DNA of 61,961 nt from an uncultured bacterium (GCA_964499705.1 CAZCME010000025.1:1-61961), one strand, 5' to 3'. Shown: positions 40,289-49,950, counted from the stretch's first letter. Numbers and translations: made by a program. The notes: generated by a model not told the origin, from the letters alone.

Positions 40289-40930
40289 TTAACTAATTCG
40301 CTCGGCCAGCGCCGTCACGCCGCCGATCGTGGCGTCGCCGACGTTGACCATGAGCCGGAGGTCGAGGGGGAAGTACACGTCGACGCGCGAACCGAGCATG
40401 ATGATGCCGATCCGGTCGCCCTGCTCGACGAAGTCGCCGACGCGCGGATACTGGACGATCTGTCGCGCCGCGAAACCCGCAACCTGCTTCGTCAGCGCCG
40501 GAGGCTCGCCCATGATGCCGAGATAGGCGCGGCGGTTCTCGTCGGACGCGCGATCGTCCCAGGCCGCGAGAAATCCCCCGTCGGCCGTCGACTGGTAGGA
40601 AACCTTGCCGCCCACGGGCGCGCGGTTCACGTGGCAGTCCGTGAGGCTCATGAAGATGGAGACACAGCGAACCGGACCCTCGAAGAATTCCGGAGCCTCC
40701 GTCTCGTCGATCCGGATCACCTTGCCGTCGGCGGGAGCCAGGATGCCGTTGTCGATCGGCACGACGAACCGCTCGGGATCGCGGAAGAAGAAGGCGAGCG
40801 CGCCGGTGGCGGCCAGGGTCGCGAGCGCGATGTTCCTTACGGCGCGGCCTCCGATCGCGAACAGAGTGGTGGTCAATGCGAGGCCGCCGAGCACGATGCC
40901 GCGGCCTTCACGCGCAATGGGTAGTGACAT
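40289..40930 (-). CDS. psd: Phosphatidylserine decarboxylase proenzyme (short type)
   Basis: FFFRDPER, APADG, IFMSLTDCHVNRAP, ASDEN, QVAG and the cleavage motif LGSRVD. Confidence 0.93.
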   Translation of the reverse strand: MSLPIAREGRGIVLGGLALTTTLFAIGGRAVRNIALATLAATGALAFFFRDPERFVVPIDNGILAPADGKVIRIDETEAPEFFEGPVRCVSIFMSLTDCHVNRAPVGGKVSYQSTADGGFLAAWDDRASDENRRAYLGIMGEPPALTKQVAGFAARQIVQYPRVGDFVEQGDRIGIIMLGSRVDVYFPLDLRLMVNVGDATIGGVTALAERIS

Positions 40931-41018
40931 GGGAGGACTCCTTTGGGACTGACGAATCTGGTTCGCGCGCATTATGGCACAACGTGACGAGCGAGGCAAA
41001 CGAGAGTACATTTCTTTC

Positions 41019-41789
41019 ATGGCGCGCATCATCAAGGAGGAATCGACTCTCAAGGGGATCATGAAAGGGCTCCATATGGAGACCTCAATTCTAGAGAAAA
41101 TATGGAAGATCGAGTTGTTCGCCGGCGGTGTCCTGATCCTCGCGGGCGCCGCCGCCTGGTTCTTCGGTTATGCCTGGCACTTCGTCGTTCCCGGCATTCT
41201 GCTGGTATTCCTGGGAGCCTCGCACGCCCTGAAGAAAGGCGATAACCGGGCCGATCTCGGCCGCTTCAAGGGAGGTGCCGCCGGGGAGCAGGAAGTGACG
41301 AAGATCATGCAGACCGGCCTGCCGGATTCCTACATGATCCTGAATGACTGCTCCGTCCGCTCCGGTTCCCGTTCCGCTCAGAACGATCACATCGTTCTCG
41401 GCCCGAACGGCATCTTCGTCGTGGAAACGAAGGCGTATGCGGGAGTTCTGCAGGGGAGAGCGGGAGACGATTATCTTCAGCAGACGAAGACCCGCGGCGG
41501 CAAGTCCACTCAGAACCGGATCAAGAACCCGATTCCCCAGAACGCTTATCACATCGAAATTGTCGCCGCGAGGATGTCGGAGGGCGGATTCGTCACCGAT
41601 GATATCCATTCCATCATCGTCTTCACGAACCGCTGGGCCCGGATCGAGATTGACGGATCCGATGTTCCCGTCCTGAAACCCGAAGAAATCGCATCGACCA
41701 TCCTCAACACGAAATCGAAATTTTCCTACAGCGAATCCTGGCAGCGAAAACTGGCCTCCCATCTCGATCCCGCGGTCAAGTTTGAATAG
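41019..41789 (+). CDS. NERD (nuclease-related) domain membrane protein
   Basis: Two N-terminal TM segments, then GAAGEQEV...QNDHIVLGPNGIFVVETK...NPIPQ. Confidence 0.88.
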   Translation: MARIIKEESTLKGIMKGLHMETSILEKIWKIELFAGGVLILAGAAAWFFGYAWHFVVPGILLVFLGASHALKKGDNRADLGRFKGGAAGEQEVTKIMQTGLPDSYMILNDCSVRSGSRSAQNDHIVLGPNGIFVVETKAYAGVLQGRAGDDYLQQTKTRGGKSTQNRIKNPIPQNAYHIEIVAARMSEGGFVTDDIHSIIVFTNRWARIEIDGSDVPVLKPEEIASTILNTKSKFSYSESWQRKLASHLDPAVKFE

Positions 41790-41891
41790 GGGACATTCTC
41801 CAACATTCCAACATTCACAACTCAAGACTTGCACCCCGATGGGATCTAACTCCATTATTCTGAATGTTGGAATGTTGGAGAATGTCCCCTA
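41787..41891. repeat. Perfect 31-bp inverted repeat between convergent genes (REP-like, possible bidirectional terminator)
   Basis: taggggacattctccaacattccaacattca (41787-41817) is the exact reverse complement of 41861-41891, with a 43-nt spacer. Confidence 0.9.
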
Positions 41892-42134
41892 ATTCAGCTT
41901 GGCGCGGATCCTGTCTTTGACATCCTGGGGCATGGCTGTCTCCGAATCGAAGGAGGACGAATCCGCGCAGCGGTTCAGCAGGGAGCGAAGGAAGGCGAAT
42001 TCCTTGCGGCAGCGGCGGCAGAATGAGCATGTGATGAGATGTGCGCTCAGCGCGAACTTCTCGGCGAACGTGAGGGGGCGTTCCATCGCGATGGACATGA
42101 GACGTGTCGATTCGCGGCAGGAGAAAATATTCAT
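41889..42134 (-). CDS. Zinc-finger (zf-HC2/ZAS) anti-sigma factor
   Basis: SCRESTRLMS...HLITCSFC (HxxxCxxC); ATGA overlap with the ECF sigma gene. Confidence 0.88.
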   Translation of the reverse strand: MNIFSCRESTRLMSIAMERPLTFAEKFALSAHLITCSFCRRCRKEFAFLRSLLNRCADSSSFDSETAMPQDVKDRIRAKLN

Positions 42135-42727
42135 GCGGCGGCTTTTCCGAACCAGGAGCGTTCGAGACAGCGGCGGAGCTGGAGCCGGGAACGATGAAGC
42201 ATGACCCAGAGGTTCGATTCGGTGATGCCGGCCGCGCGGCAGATTTCCTCGGCGGGCAGGTTGTTCATCTCCCGCATCGTGAAGATCCTGAAGAGACGGT
42301 CGGGCAGCATGCGAAGGCACTCCTGGAGCTGGCGGTGAAATTCGCGCCGCTCGAGGATTTCGCCGGGATCGGCGTCCCAGGATGTATCCGCCTCCGCCAA
42401 GTGACCGTCCTTGCGAAAGAAGTCGTCGACGGAAGTGATCGCCGTGTCCTCCTCCGCGCCGACTTTCTCACGGGCCGTCTTCCGGAAATGATCCGCGATC
42501 TTGTGATTGAGGATTCCCACGAGCCATGTCCTCATGGTGGAAGATCCCGTGAATCGGTCGACGGATCGGAGCGCGGCGAGCAGCGTTTCCTGGACCGCGT
42601 CTTCGGCGTCATGCGCGTTCCGCATGCGGAAGCAGGCGTAGCGATACAGGTAATCGCCATGCTCTTCGAGCCACTTCTCGGCGTCCGCTGTGGAACGGTT
42701 CGCGCGGTATTCGGTTGTCTCCGACAT
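42131..42727 (-). CDS. ECF sigma-70 factor (TIGR02943-like)
   Basis: DAEDAVQETLLAA, TWLVGILNHKIAD, FTMRE...EEIC and NLWVMLHRSRLQLRRCLE. Confidence 0.93.
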   Translation of the reverse strand: MSETTEYRANRSTADAEKWLEEHGDYLYRYACFRMRNAHDAEDAVQETLLAALRSVDRFTGSSTMRTWLVGILNHKIADHFRKTAREKVGAEEDTAITSVDDFFRKDGHLAEADTSWDADPGEILERREFHRQLQECLRMLPDRLFRIFTMREMNNLPAEEICRAAGITESNLWVMLHRSRLQLRRCLERSWFGKAAA

Positions 42728-42777
42728 GCGTCATCGCATCTTATATCTCCGTTATCGACGCTCAACTCTTTTCGTTT

Positions 42778-42804
42778 GTCGCGCGGAGCGTGTGAGTTCT
42801 TACA
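42778..42804 (-). promoter_or_regulatory. Putative ECF promoter of the sigma/anti-sigma operon
   Basis: Minus strand TGTAAG-N17-CGAC(AAACGA); the same motif occurs upstream of msrAB and DUF1223. Confidence 0.65.
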
Positions 42805-42814
42805 ATGGATTTTC

Positions 42815-42840
42815 TGTAAGAACATCCCTCCGAAATGGAC
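42815..42840 (+). promoter_or_regulatory. Putative ECF promoter of the DUF1223 gene
   Basis: TGTAAG-N16-GGAC, 8 nt before ATG 42849, back-to-back with the sigma promoter. Confidence 0.55.
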
Positions 42841-42848
42841 AATTCGCC

Positions 42849-43631
42849 ATGGATACCATGATTCGCATCTCCTTCGCGGGAGCGGTAGTAACGACGTTTT
42901 TCGCGGCCTCGGCCCTGTATGCCTCCTGGAAGAATGAGGCGACGCCGCTGGAATTATCCGGCACCGAGGGCTTCGCGCTCGTGGAGCTCTTCACATCGGA
43001 AGGATGTTCGAGCTGCCCGTCCGCCGATCGCCTGCTCGCGGATCTTGACGCGAAAGCGCGCGACGAGCGCCGGCCGGTGTACGTTCTCTCCTTTCATGTC
43101 GATTACTGGAACCGCCTCGGGTGGCGCGATCCGTACAGCCAGGCGGACTATTCCGCCCGGCAATCCGCTTACGCGTCGAAGTTCGGAAGCTTCGGTGTCT
43201 ACACCCCGCAGATGATCGTGAACGGGAGGACGGAATTCGTCGGCTCGGACCGGGCCCGGGCGGTTCGGGAAATCGATGCCGCCCTGAAGAAACGCGTTCC
43301 GGTTTCCCTCCGGATTACCGCGAAGGAAAGCGCCGCGTCGGGCATTGAGATTCATTACACGGTGACCGGTCTCGAGTTGACGGCGCTCCTGCATGTCGCG
43401 CTTGTCGACGACGAACGCGTGGTGCCCGTGTCGAGCGGCGAGAATGGAGGTCGAACGCTCCGGCATGTCAACGTGGTCCGCGCGTTCAAGACGGTGACGG
43501 TCGACCGGAACGCCACGGGAACGGTCACGATCGAGAGACCGGCCACGGGCCGGGTGCCGGGACGGATCATCGCGTATCTCCAGGACCCGGCCGGATATGA
43601 AATCGAGGCGGCAGCCGCGGCGGAAATCTGA
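42849..43631 (+). CDS. DUF1223 thioredoxin-like exported protein
   Basis: Signal/TM segment, VELFTSEGCSSCPSAD, SFHVDYWNRLGWRDPY, YTPQMIVNG and GENGGRTLRHVNVVR. Confidence 0.9.
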   Translation: MDTMIRISFAGAVVTTFFAASALYASWKNEATPLELSGTEGFALVELFTSEGCSSCPSADRLLADLDAKARDERRPVYVLSFHVDYWNRLGWRDPYSQADYSARQSAYASKFGSFGVYTPQMIVNGRTEFVGSDRARAVREIDAALKKRVPVSLRITAKESAASGIEIHYTVTGLELTALLHVALVDDERVVPVSSGENGGRTLRHVNVVRAFKTVTVDRNATGTVTIERPATGRVPGRIIAYLQDPAGYEIEAAAAAEI

Positions 43632-43712
43632 CCTCCGCGGCCGCTGCCGGATCCCGGGCAAAATGTCTCTTGTCGGCGGACGATCCTGCCGAAGGTTCAT
43701 CTTGTGTGGACC

Positions 43713-44678
43713 ATGAGAAAAGCGCCCATCGTCGCCCTCTTAATCCTGCTGGCCTTTGTCATCGATTCGGAAGTCGGGGCGGAAGCGCCCTATGAGAGTT
43801 TCCCCGCGCCGGATTTCACGAGAGGTGAGCGGGGTGACGTCGGGGAATTTTCCATCGGCATGTACACGCACTTTCGCCGCTTCGATGCTCTCATCAGTGG
43901 ATCGAAGCGCGTCGCGAACACCAGGGATATTCACCACGAACGCTGGATTCCCGCGTTGATCCTCGACTACCGATTTACCGAGCGATTCGCGGTCTCCGTG
44001 AAGGCTCACGGCGCGAGCATCCGCACGAATCTCCTGGATAACGACCTCGTGACGCGCCGCATCAACAATACGACGATTCCAGGAGATGTCTTCGTCTACG
44101 GAATCTGGCATCCCTGGCTGGAAAAGGACCCGAACGCGCCGTATTCCTTCTGGGATCGCCGCAATCTCGGCTTCGTCGCGGGGCCCAAGTTCGATTTCGA
44201 CCGCGAGGATCCGCAGGTCGGCGTGGCGCCGGGAGCGGATTTCCGCCATGGGCCTTTTGGCGCCGGATCCAACGAGGCGCTGGCCGGTTTTGTCTACACC
44301 GGCCATATCAATGACAAGATCTGGCTGTATCATTATTCGCAGTACCTGATTCCGCTCGACAGGAACGTCTTCGGCATGAAGCCGGGCGAGCGCTATGAAT
44401 CTCAACTCCTGGGAATTTCCTACCTGCCCAACGACGTCGTCCAGCTCTTCTGCTCGGTCAACGCCGGCTACGAGTGGAGCGGCAGCGGCGGCCGAATCGC
44501 GAGCGCGCCCGCGAATACGGGCGGGACGAAGGTGTTCCTCAATCCCGGCATCACCGCGGATTTCGCGCATGGCTGGGGCACCGAAATCTCCGTGAATTAT
44601 CCCCTGTACGGAAATCTCCACGGCATCCAGCTCGAAGGGCGCGAGGATCTCTTCTTCGGGTTCTACAAGACGTTCTGA
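43713..44678 (+). CDS. Probable outer-membrane beta-barrel protein (transporter-like)
   Basis: Signal peptide, aromatic amphipathic strands, NTGGTKVFLNPGI and a C-terminal FFGFYKTF ending in Phe. Confidence 0.65.
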   Translation: MRKAPIVALLILLAFVIDSEVGAEAPYESFPAPDFTRGERGDVGEFSIGMYTHFRRFDALISGSKRVANTRDIHHERWIPALILDYRFTERFAVSVKAHGASIRTNLLDNDLVTRRINNTTIPGDVFVYGIWHPWLEKDPNAPYSFWDRRNLGFVAGPKFDFDREDPQVGVAPGADFRHGPFGAGSNEALAGFVYTGHINDKIWLYHYSQYLIPLDRNVFGMKPGERYESQLLGISYLPNDVVQLFCSVNAGYEWSGSGGRIASAPANTGGTKVFLNPGITADFAHGWGTEISVNYPLYGNLHGIQLEGREDLFFGFYKTF

Positions 44679-45946
44679 CGCACCGCGAGCGTCGAGGCGA
44701 TCCACACGGTTACCGTGACGAGCAAAATCCCGGCTGTCCATATTTCCGGCAGCCCCAGCACGAACGTCATGAGGATGATCGCGCCCGCGGCAAAAACGAC
44801 GCCGGCGCGGGTCACGACGCCGTCCAGGAGCAACTTGATCGCACCGAGCCGGTCGGGTTCGACGCGGGCCAGGAGTTTTTCGGCCGCCGCCTCGTGAAGG
44901 GAATCCGACAGACCCTCCTTCATGATCTGGACGATATAGATGACGGCCAGGAGCTTATAGAAGAGAAAGATCGCCGCGCCGAAGAAGAGCGCCAGCGGCA
45001 GAACCAGGAGCGCGGACAGGAGACCGAATTTCCGGATGATGCGCTCCGCGCCGAAGGACAGGACGATCAGCGAAAACGAGTAAAGGTAGATGTAGAAGTT
45101 GGAGAAGAATTCGACGAATCCCGTCGCCGACGATTCTCCCTGTTCGCCGATGATCCAGTAGAAGAAATAGTCCAGGATGACGAGCGAAGCGCCGGCGGCG
45201 AAGAAAAGCGGCGCAAGACGGGCGATTTTCCGGTCCGTCCTGATCCAGTTCCACGATTCGGACCATGTCAGCTTCTTCTTCTCCACGTCCGGAGAAGCGG
45301 CCGTGCCGGCGAGAAACCGGCGTTCCGCCGCGATGACGAGCGGCAGATCCAGGAAGATCGCGCCCGCGATGACGAACATGAAATGATCGCGGATGGATTC
45401 GAAACGTCCGCCCAGTCCGTCCATGAGCAGAGGCGCAGCGGCTCCGGAGAACCAGGATCCGAAGAGGCCTCCCGCCATGATCGACGCCGCGGCGTATCGC
45501 ATGCCCCGTGCCGTGTCGGGCCCGGAAAAAAGATGTCCCACGCGGACGAAGAGATTGGCCCAGAGCAGCACGAAGACGAGCTCGAGCGCGACGAAGTAGA
45601 CAATGTACGTGGATCGGATCGTCTCCAGCCAGAACTCATGCCGCCCCGCGTCCCCGCGCGAGAATTCCTCCGCCTGGAAAAGCTTGTACGTGAGGAAGCG
45701 GAAGCAGGCGAAGAAGAGACCGGCCGCGATCGTCGTCATGATCTGCCATCGCGCGGCGCTCGCCTTCGCCTGCATCCTGACCTGCGTGGCGGCGACCGGC
45801 ACGGTGAGGAATGCGATGGTCATCAAGGGCACCGGGACGAACTGGTAGCCGACGTTGCACGTGAGCGAGCAGTCGCGGATGATGTCGCCCATGCCGTTGG
45901 CCATCCCGAGGAGAAACCCGGAAGCGATGATGAGGAAGATTTCCAC
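44663..45946 (-). CDS. MFS-like membrane protein, Npt/TLC nucleotide-carrier-like (paralogue A)
   Basis: About 12 TM segments; RDCSLTCNVG, DYFFY, FFSNFY and IIRKFGL; clear paralogue at 51175-52446. Confidence 0.7.
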   Translation of the reverse strand: MEIFLIIASGFLLGMANGMGDIIRDCSLTCNVGYQFVPVPLMTIAFLTVPVAATQVRMQAKASAARWQIMTTIAAGLFFACFRFLTYKLFQAEEFSRGDAGRHEFWLETIRSTYIVYFVALELVFVLLWANLFVRVGHLFSGPDTARGMRYAAASIMAGGLFGSWFSGAAAPLLMDGLGGRFESIRDHFMFVIAGAIFLDLPLVIAAERRFLAGTAASPDVEKKKLTWSESWNWIRTDRKIARLAPLFFAAGASLVILDYFFYWIIGEQGESSATGFVEFFSNFYIYLYSFSLIVLSFGAERIIRKFGLLSALLVLPLALFFGAAIFLFYKLLAVIYIVQIMKEGLSDSLHEAAAEKLLARVEPDRLGAIKLLLDGVVTRAGVVFAAGAIILMTFVLGLPEIWTAGILLVTVTVWIASTLAVRQNVL

Positions 45947-45978
45947 GGAGCCCCCATTATCCGCATCGCGGCTTCATG

Positions 45979-46007
45979 TTGCAATCTCGATGACCGGCAT
46001 TTAGGAT
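45979..46007 (+). promoter_or_regulatory. Sigma70-like promoter of the Zn-finger/CpaF/cyclase operon
   Basis: TTGCAA-N17-TAGGAT, followed by a GGAGGTG RBS and ATG 46026. Confidence 0.6.
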
Positions 46008-46025
46008 GAGCGGACTGGAGGTGTC

Positions 46026-46298
46026 ATGTCAGAACTTTACGCCAGCCTGCGTGGTTGGAAGCCCGATGAACCCGGCGATGTCATCTGTCCGCTCTGCGAA
46101 CGGAAGTTCAGCCGGCTCGGCTATAAGTTGCATCTCGTCTTCGACAAGGGGCAACTTCAGCAGATCAAGAAGGATCATCCGGACTGGACGGACGAGGACG
46201 GAGCCTGTTTCCCCTGCATCAACCTCTATCGCTCCGAATTCAAGCTCCCGCCCCTCTCGCGCGACGAAATGCTGCCGCTCGTGCGGTTGACGAAGTAA
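46026..46298 (+). CDS. Small CxxC...CxxC putative zinc-binding protein
   Basis: Strong RBS; CPLC and IKKDHPDWTDEDGACFPC. Confidence 0.75.
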   Translation: MSELYASLRGWKPDEPGDVICPLCERKFSRLGYKLHLVFDKGQLQQIKKDHPDWTDEDGACFPCINLYRSEFKLPPLSRDEMLPLVRLTK

Positions 46299-46301
46299 AC
46301 C

Positions 46302-47621
46302 ATGGCCTGGAAACGCGGCGACCAGGATCTGAAGACTCCGGAGATCGAAGATCTCCTCGAAGCCATCATCGCCGAAGCGGGACAGAAGCTCGATCTCGTG
46401 AAGATCGATCCGGAGGCGGTCAAGCAGTCCGAGGCGTCCGTCCGCGACGTGTTGAAGGCCGCCACGGAAAAGGCTTCCGCGATGCTCGGCATGACGGGCT
46501 CCATCATCGATCGTGACCGGGTGATCGATCATGTCCTTCGCGAGCTCGCGGGCTTCGGCCCGATCACATCGTTTCTCGCCGAGAAGACCATCACGGAGAT
46601 CATGGCCAACGGGCCGGGTCGGATTATCGTGGAGCGAAACGGCGTCATGGAAGAGACGCGCCGGAAATTCCATTCCAACGAGCATCTCCTTCATATCATC
46701 CGCCTGATGTCCTCCGGAATCGGCCGCGGGATCGACGAGGACAATCCCTTCGTCGACGCGCGCCTGCCGGACGGCTCGCGCCTCCATGCGATCATCCCGC
46801 CCCTGGCGGCGGACGGACCCGCTCTGACGATCCGCAAATTCTCCCGGTCCGCGTCGTCCATGGCCGACTTGGTCAAGAACGGCGCCGTTCCGGAAGAAGT
46901 CGCGGGATTCCTGCACGCCTGCGTGAAGGGGAGGCTCAACATCCTGGTCTCCGGCGGAACGAACACCGGCAAGACCACGATGCTGAACGCGCTCGCGGAA
47001 GCGATTCCCGATACGGAGCGGGTCATCACGATCGAGGATGCCTGCGAGCTGCAGTTCAAGAAGAGAAACCTGGTGCGTCTGGAGACGAAGCCGCCGGACA
47101 TGAACGGCAAGGGGGAGATCCCGACGCGCATTCTCGTCAGAAACGCCCTCCGCATGCGGCCCGACCGGATCGTCGTCGGAGAAGTCCGCGGCGCCGAGAG
47201 CTTCGACATGCTCCAGGCCATGAACACCGGCCACAGCGGCTCCATGACGACGGTCCACGCCAACACCGCCCGCGACGCGCTCGCGCGCGTGGAGACGACG
47301 GCGCTCCTGGCCGACGTCGGCCTGCCGCTCGTGGCGATCCGCCGCCAGATGTCGTCCGCGATTCATCTCATCGTTCATCTCGAACGACAATCGGACGGGG
47401 CGAGGCGGCTTGCGAAAATGACGGAGGTGATCGGCACCGAAGGCGATGTGATCACGACGCAGGATCTCTTCGAGATGAAGGCGGAAAAATCCGGGAAGGA
47501 CGGATCGGTCACAATGACTTTGCGCGCGACCGGACTCGTTCCGAAGTTCGACCGCATCCTCGACGAGCGCGGCATCAAGGTGCCGCGGAGAATCTTCGAA
47601 CAGTCCGTCGGCAAAGGGTAG
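46302..47621 (+). CDS. cpaF: CpaF/TadA family secretion ATPase
   Basis: EIMANG, VDARLPDGSR, LTIRKF, SGGTNTGKTT, TIEDACEL, LRMRPDRIVVGEVRG and AMNTGHSGSMTTVHAN. Confidence 0.93.
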   Translation: MAWKRGDQDLKTPEIEDLLEAIIAEAGQKLDLVKIDPEAVKQSEASVRDVLKAATEKASAMLGMTGSIIDRDRVIDHVLRELAGFGPITSFLAEKTITEIMANGPGRIIVERNGVMEETRRKFHSNEHLLHIIRLMSSGIGRGIDEDNPFVDARLPDGSRLHAIIPPLAADGPALTIRKFSRSASSMADLVKNGAVPEEVAGFLHACVKGRLNILVSGGTNTGKTTMLNALAEAIPDTERVITIEDACELQFKKRNLVRLETKPPDMNGKGEIPTRILVRNALRMRPDRIVVGEVRGAESFDMLQAMNTGHSGSMTTVHANTARDALARVETTALLADVGLPLVAIRRQMSSAIHLIVHLERQSDGARRLAKMTEVIGTEGDVITTQDLFEMKAEKSGKDGSVTMTLRATGLVPKFDRILDERGIKVPRRIFEQSVGKG

Positions 47622-48965
47622 TTGGCTCCTACGACCCAGGGGATGGCGGAACGCTTCCAGGCGCTCGAACAATACCCTGAGCTGGATCGGGAGCTCCTGG
47701 ATCGTCTGCGTGCCTGGATCGAGTCGGCTCCCGATCCCGCGCTCTTTCGCGTCAATCTCGTCCCCTGGAGCGCGGAATGGGATGTGCCGCTCTCCAAGGC
47801 GATCCTGCACTTTCTGCATCTGACGCGGCATGGCGTGATGGAGCTCTCCCTCGATGTCCACTGTCCGCATTGCAACGTCGTCCTGAACCGAGCCTCCACG
47901 CTGAAGGCGGCTCAATCGCGCCACTACTGCCAGTACTGCCTGAAGGATGTCGAATCGAAGTTCGACGACAATTTCGAAGTGACGTTCACGATCAGCGGCA
48001 GTCTCCGGACTGTGAAGGGATACGTCGGCTATGAGCCGTCGTCGAACGTCGAGATCTATCTCCGGTCGAAGGTGGAGCCTGGTGCGACGACGGAGCTGCG
48101 CGTCGAACCTCCCGCGCATGCGCGCCTCCTGCGGCTCGTTTCGTGGCCGCCCGTCCACGTGCATGTCGCTCCGGTCGAACCCGCGGGTCCGAAGGACCAG
48201 GATCTCATCCTGCCGGATGAACTGCCGGAGGGCATCACCGGCGTCGCGGAAGGAACGTTCACGCTCAGGGTGAGAAACACGAGCCGTGTCGCCCGGAGCT
48301 TGATGATCGAGAACCACGAGATGAGGGAGTACGAGCCGCACGAGGTGAAACCCCGTCTTTCGGGCCTCCAGGTCGCGATACATCCCGCGTTCGAGAAACT
48401 TTTCGGAGGCGACACGCTGTCGGAGCGGGAGTCACTCCGGATCCGCGACATCACCGCCGCTTTCACCGACATCCAGGGGTCCACGGCCTTCTATGAGAAA
48501 TGGGGGGACGTGCGCGCCTACAATATCGTGCGCGATCACTTCGAGATTCTCTTCGCGGAGATCGAGAGCCGAGACGGCGTGGTCGTCAAGACGATGGGGG
48601 ACGCCGTGATGGCGGCTTTCATCCATGCGAGCGACGCGGTTGGAGCGCTCCTTGCCATTCAAGGCGCCATGATGCGCTTCAACAGGGACAGGAAGATGGA
48701 GGACGGCATCTTCATCAAGTCGGGACTCCATCGCGGCAGCGCGATTCTTGTCAGCCTGAACGGCCGGAACGATTATTTCGGAACGACGATCAACGAGACG
48801 TCGAGGATCCAGAAATTATCTGAAGCCAACAAGATTGTTATGTCGGACCCGGTGTATCAATCAGCAGGCGTGAAAAACATCCTCGAACAAGCCCGGGTGG
48901 AATCTTTCGAGACGCGACTGGCCGGGCTGGAAAAGAAATACACGCTTCATCGCGTCAGCGCGTAA
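47622..48965 (+). CDS. Class III adenylate/guanylate cyclase with N-terminal DUF5939-like region
   Basis: N-terminal CPHC/CQYC and EVTFTI; catalytic FTDIQGST, KTMGDAVM and NDYFGTTINETSR. The start is TTG 47622 or ATG 47643. Confidence 0.9.
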   Translation: MAPTTQGMAERFQALEQYPELDRELLDRLRAWIESAPDPALFRVNLVPWSAEWDVPLSKAILHFLHLTRHGVMELSLDVHCPHCNVVLNRASTLKAAQSRHYCQYCLKDVESKFDDNFEVTFTISGSLRTVKGYVGYEPSSNVEIYLRSKVEPGATTELRVEPPAHARLLRLVSWPPVHVHVAPVEPAGPKDQDLILPDELPEGITGVAEGTFTLRVRNTSRVARSLMIENHEMREYEPHEVKPRLSGLQVAIHPAFEKLFGGDTLSERESLRIRDITAAFTDIQGSTAFYEKWGDVRAYNIVRDHFEILFAEIESRDGVVVKTMGDAVMAAFIHASDAVGALLAIQGAMMRFNRDRKMEDGIFIKSGLHRGSAILVSLNGRNDYFGTTINETSRIQKLSEANKIVMSDPVYQSAGVKNILEQARVESFETRLAGLEKKYTLHRVSA

Positions 48966-49896
48966 ACCTCCGGCAGAAGTTCCAGAGCTCCACGTTGGCG
49001 TCGATGACATTCGTATAGGGACCCATGATGAATTCCGGCAGCTTCGGTTTCTGACCGGGCCATCCATGCCCGGCGCCGGTGAGCCTGATGAGGACGACTT
49101 CGCTTCCGTTCCGGCCGCCCGTCCAGGTGATGCGCTGCGCCGTGTGGGGCTTGGCGCGGCGGGAGGAACGCCACGTGATGATCGTTCCGATTTTCGGATT
49201 TCGAGAACAACCGTTCTGCCTGACCCACCAGGCCATCAATTCGTCCACATTGGCATGGTAGGATGCATCGGTGGCGCCGATCAGATATTTCGGTCCGTAC
49301 CCACCGTTGTAGGCGGCACGCGGATCGTCGACGCTGTGGATATGGAGAACGGGAACGGAACGGGAAGGCGTGACGGTCGTATCGAGCGAGGCGCCGCAAA
49401 CTTCCACCACCGCGGCCACGAGGTCGGATGCCTCCCGGGCCAGCCGGTCGCACATCATGGCTCCGTTCGAATGGCCGCACGCATAGACGCGCTTCCGATC
49501 GATCGATGTGCGTGACGCGAGATCGTCGATGATCGCTCGCGTGAATCCGACATCGTCGGCATTGTTGACCATGGCGTAACCGCAGCAGGTCCGGGCGTTC
49601 CATGTGAGGATCTTCCTGCGCCTCCGGCCCGTTCCTGCGGGATAAACGACGATGAAGCCTTCACTGTCGGCGAGAGCATCGAGCCTGTAATCCTTCTGCA
49701 TCTCATCCGGAGTTCCGCCTCCGCCGTGAAAGGCCAGGAGGACGGGCAGCGGCTTGCCGTGGGATGCCTGCGGGGGAAGATGAACGAGGTAATACCGTTC
49801 CGCGGAACCGATCCGGATATCGAATTCGTGGTTGCCTGTTGCCAGGGGAGAAGCGGCGATGAGCGCATGCCACTGGAGAAGAAGGAGCATCAACAT
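48955..49896 (-). CDS. Exported alpha/beta hydrolase, PHB depolymerase/LpqC-like esterase
   Basis: AFHGGGG, VVYPAG, WNARTCCG, DDVGF, nucleophile GHSNG and GAGHGWPG. Confidence 0.9.
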   Translation of the reverse strand: MLMLLLLQWHALIAASPLATGNHEFDIRIGSAERYYLVHLPPQASHGKPLPVLLAFHGGGGTPDEMQKDYRLDALADSEGFIVVYPAGTGRRRRKILTWNARTCCGYAMVNNADDVGFTRAIIDDLASRTSIDRKRVYACGHSNGAMMCDRLAREASDLVAAVVEVCGASLDTTVTPSRSVPVLHIHSVDDPRAAYNGGYGPKYLIGATDASYHANVDELMAWWVRQNGCSRNPKIGTIITWRSSRRAKPHTAQRITWTGGRNGSEVVLIRLTGAGHGWPGQKPKLPEFIMGPYTNVIDANVELWNFCRRFTR

Positions 49897-49950
49897 GGCG
49901 TCAGATTAGCGAAGGAAGAACGCCTTCGCAATCCCACTGTCGCATGCGTG

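Noticed and set aside
46302-47621. Complete Tad pilus locus
   Set aside because: No tadB/tadC, flp, cpaB or secretin genes are in the window.
31800-48383. Long antisense ORFs such as 31800-33494, 35553-37070 and 46029-48383
   Set aside because: These are typical GC-rich shadow frames opposite well-supported genes and carry no recognisable motifs.
47622-48965. Pycsar/CBASS-type anti-phage system
   Set aside because: The cyclase has an ordinary adenylate-cyclase-type signature with a DUF5939-like N-terminus. No adjacent cNMP-TM or TIR effector is present, and the only cNMP protein is 21 kb away.
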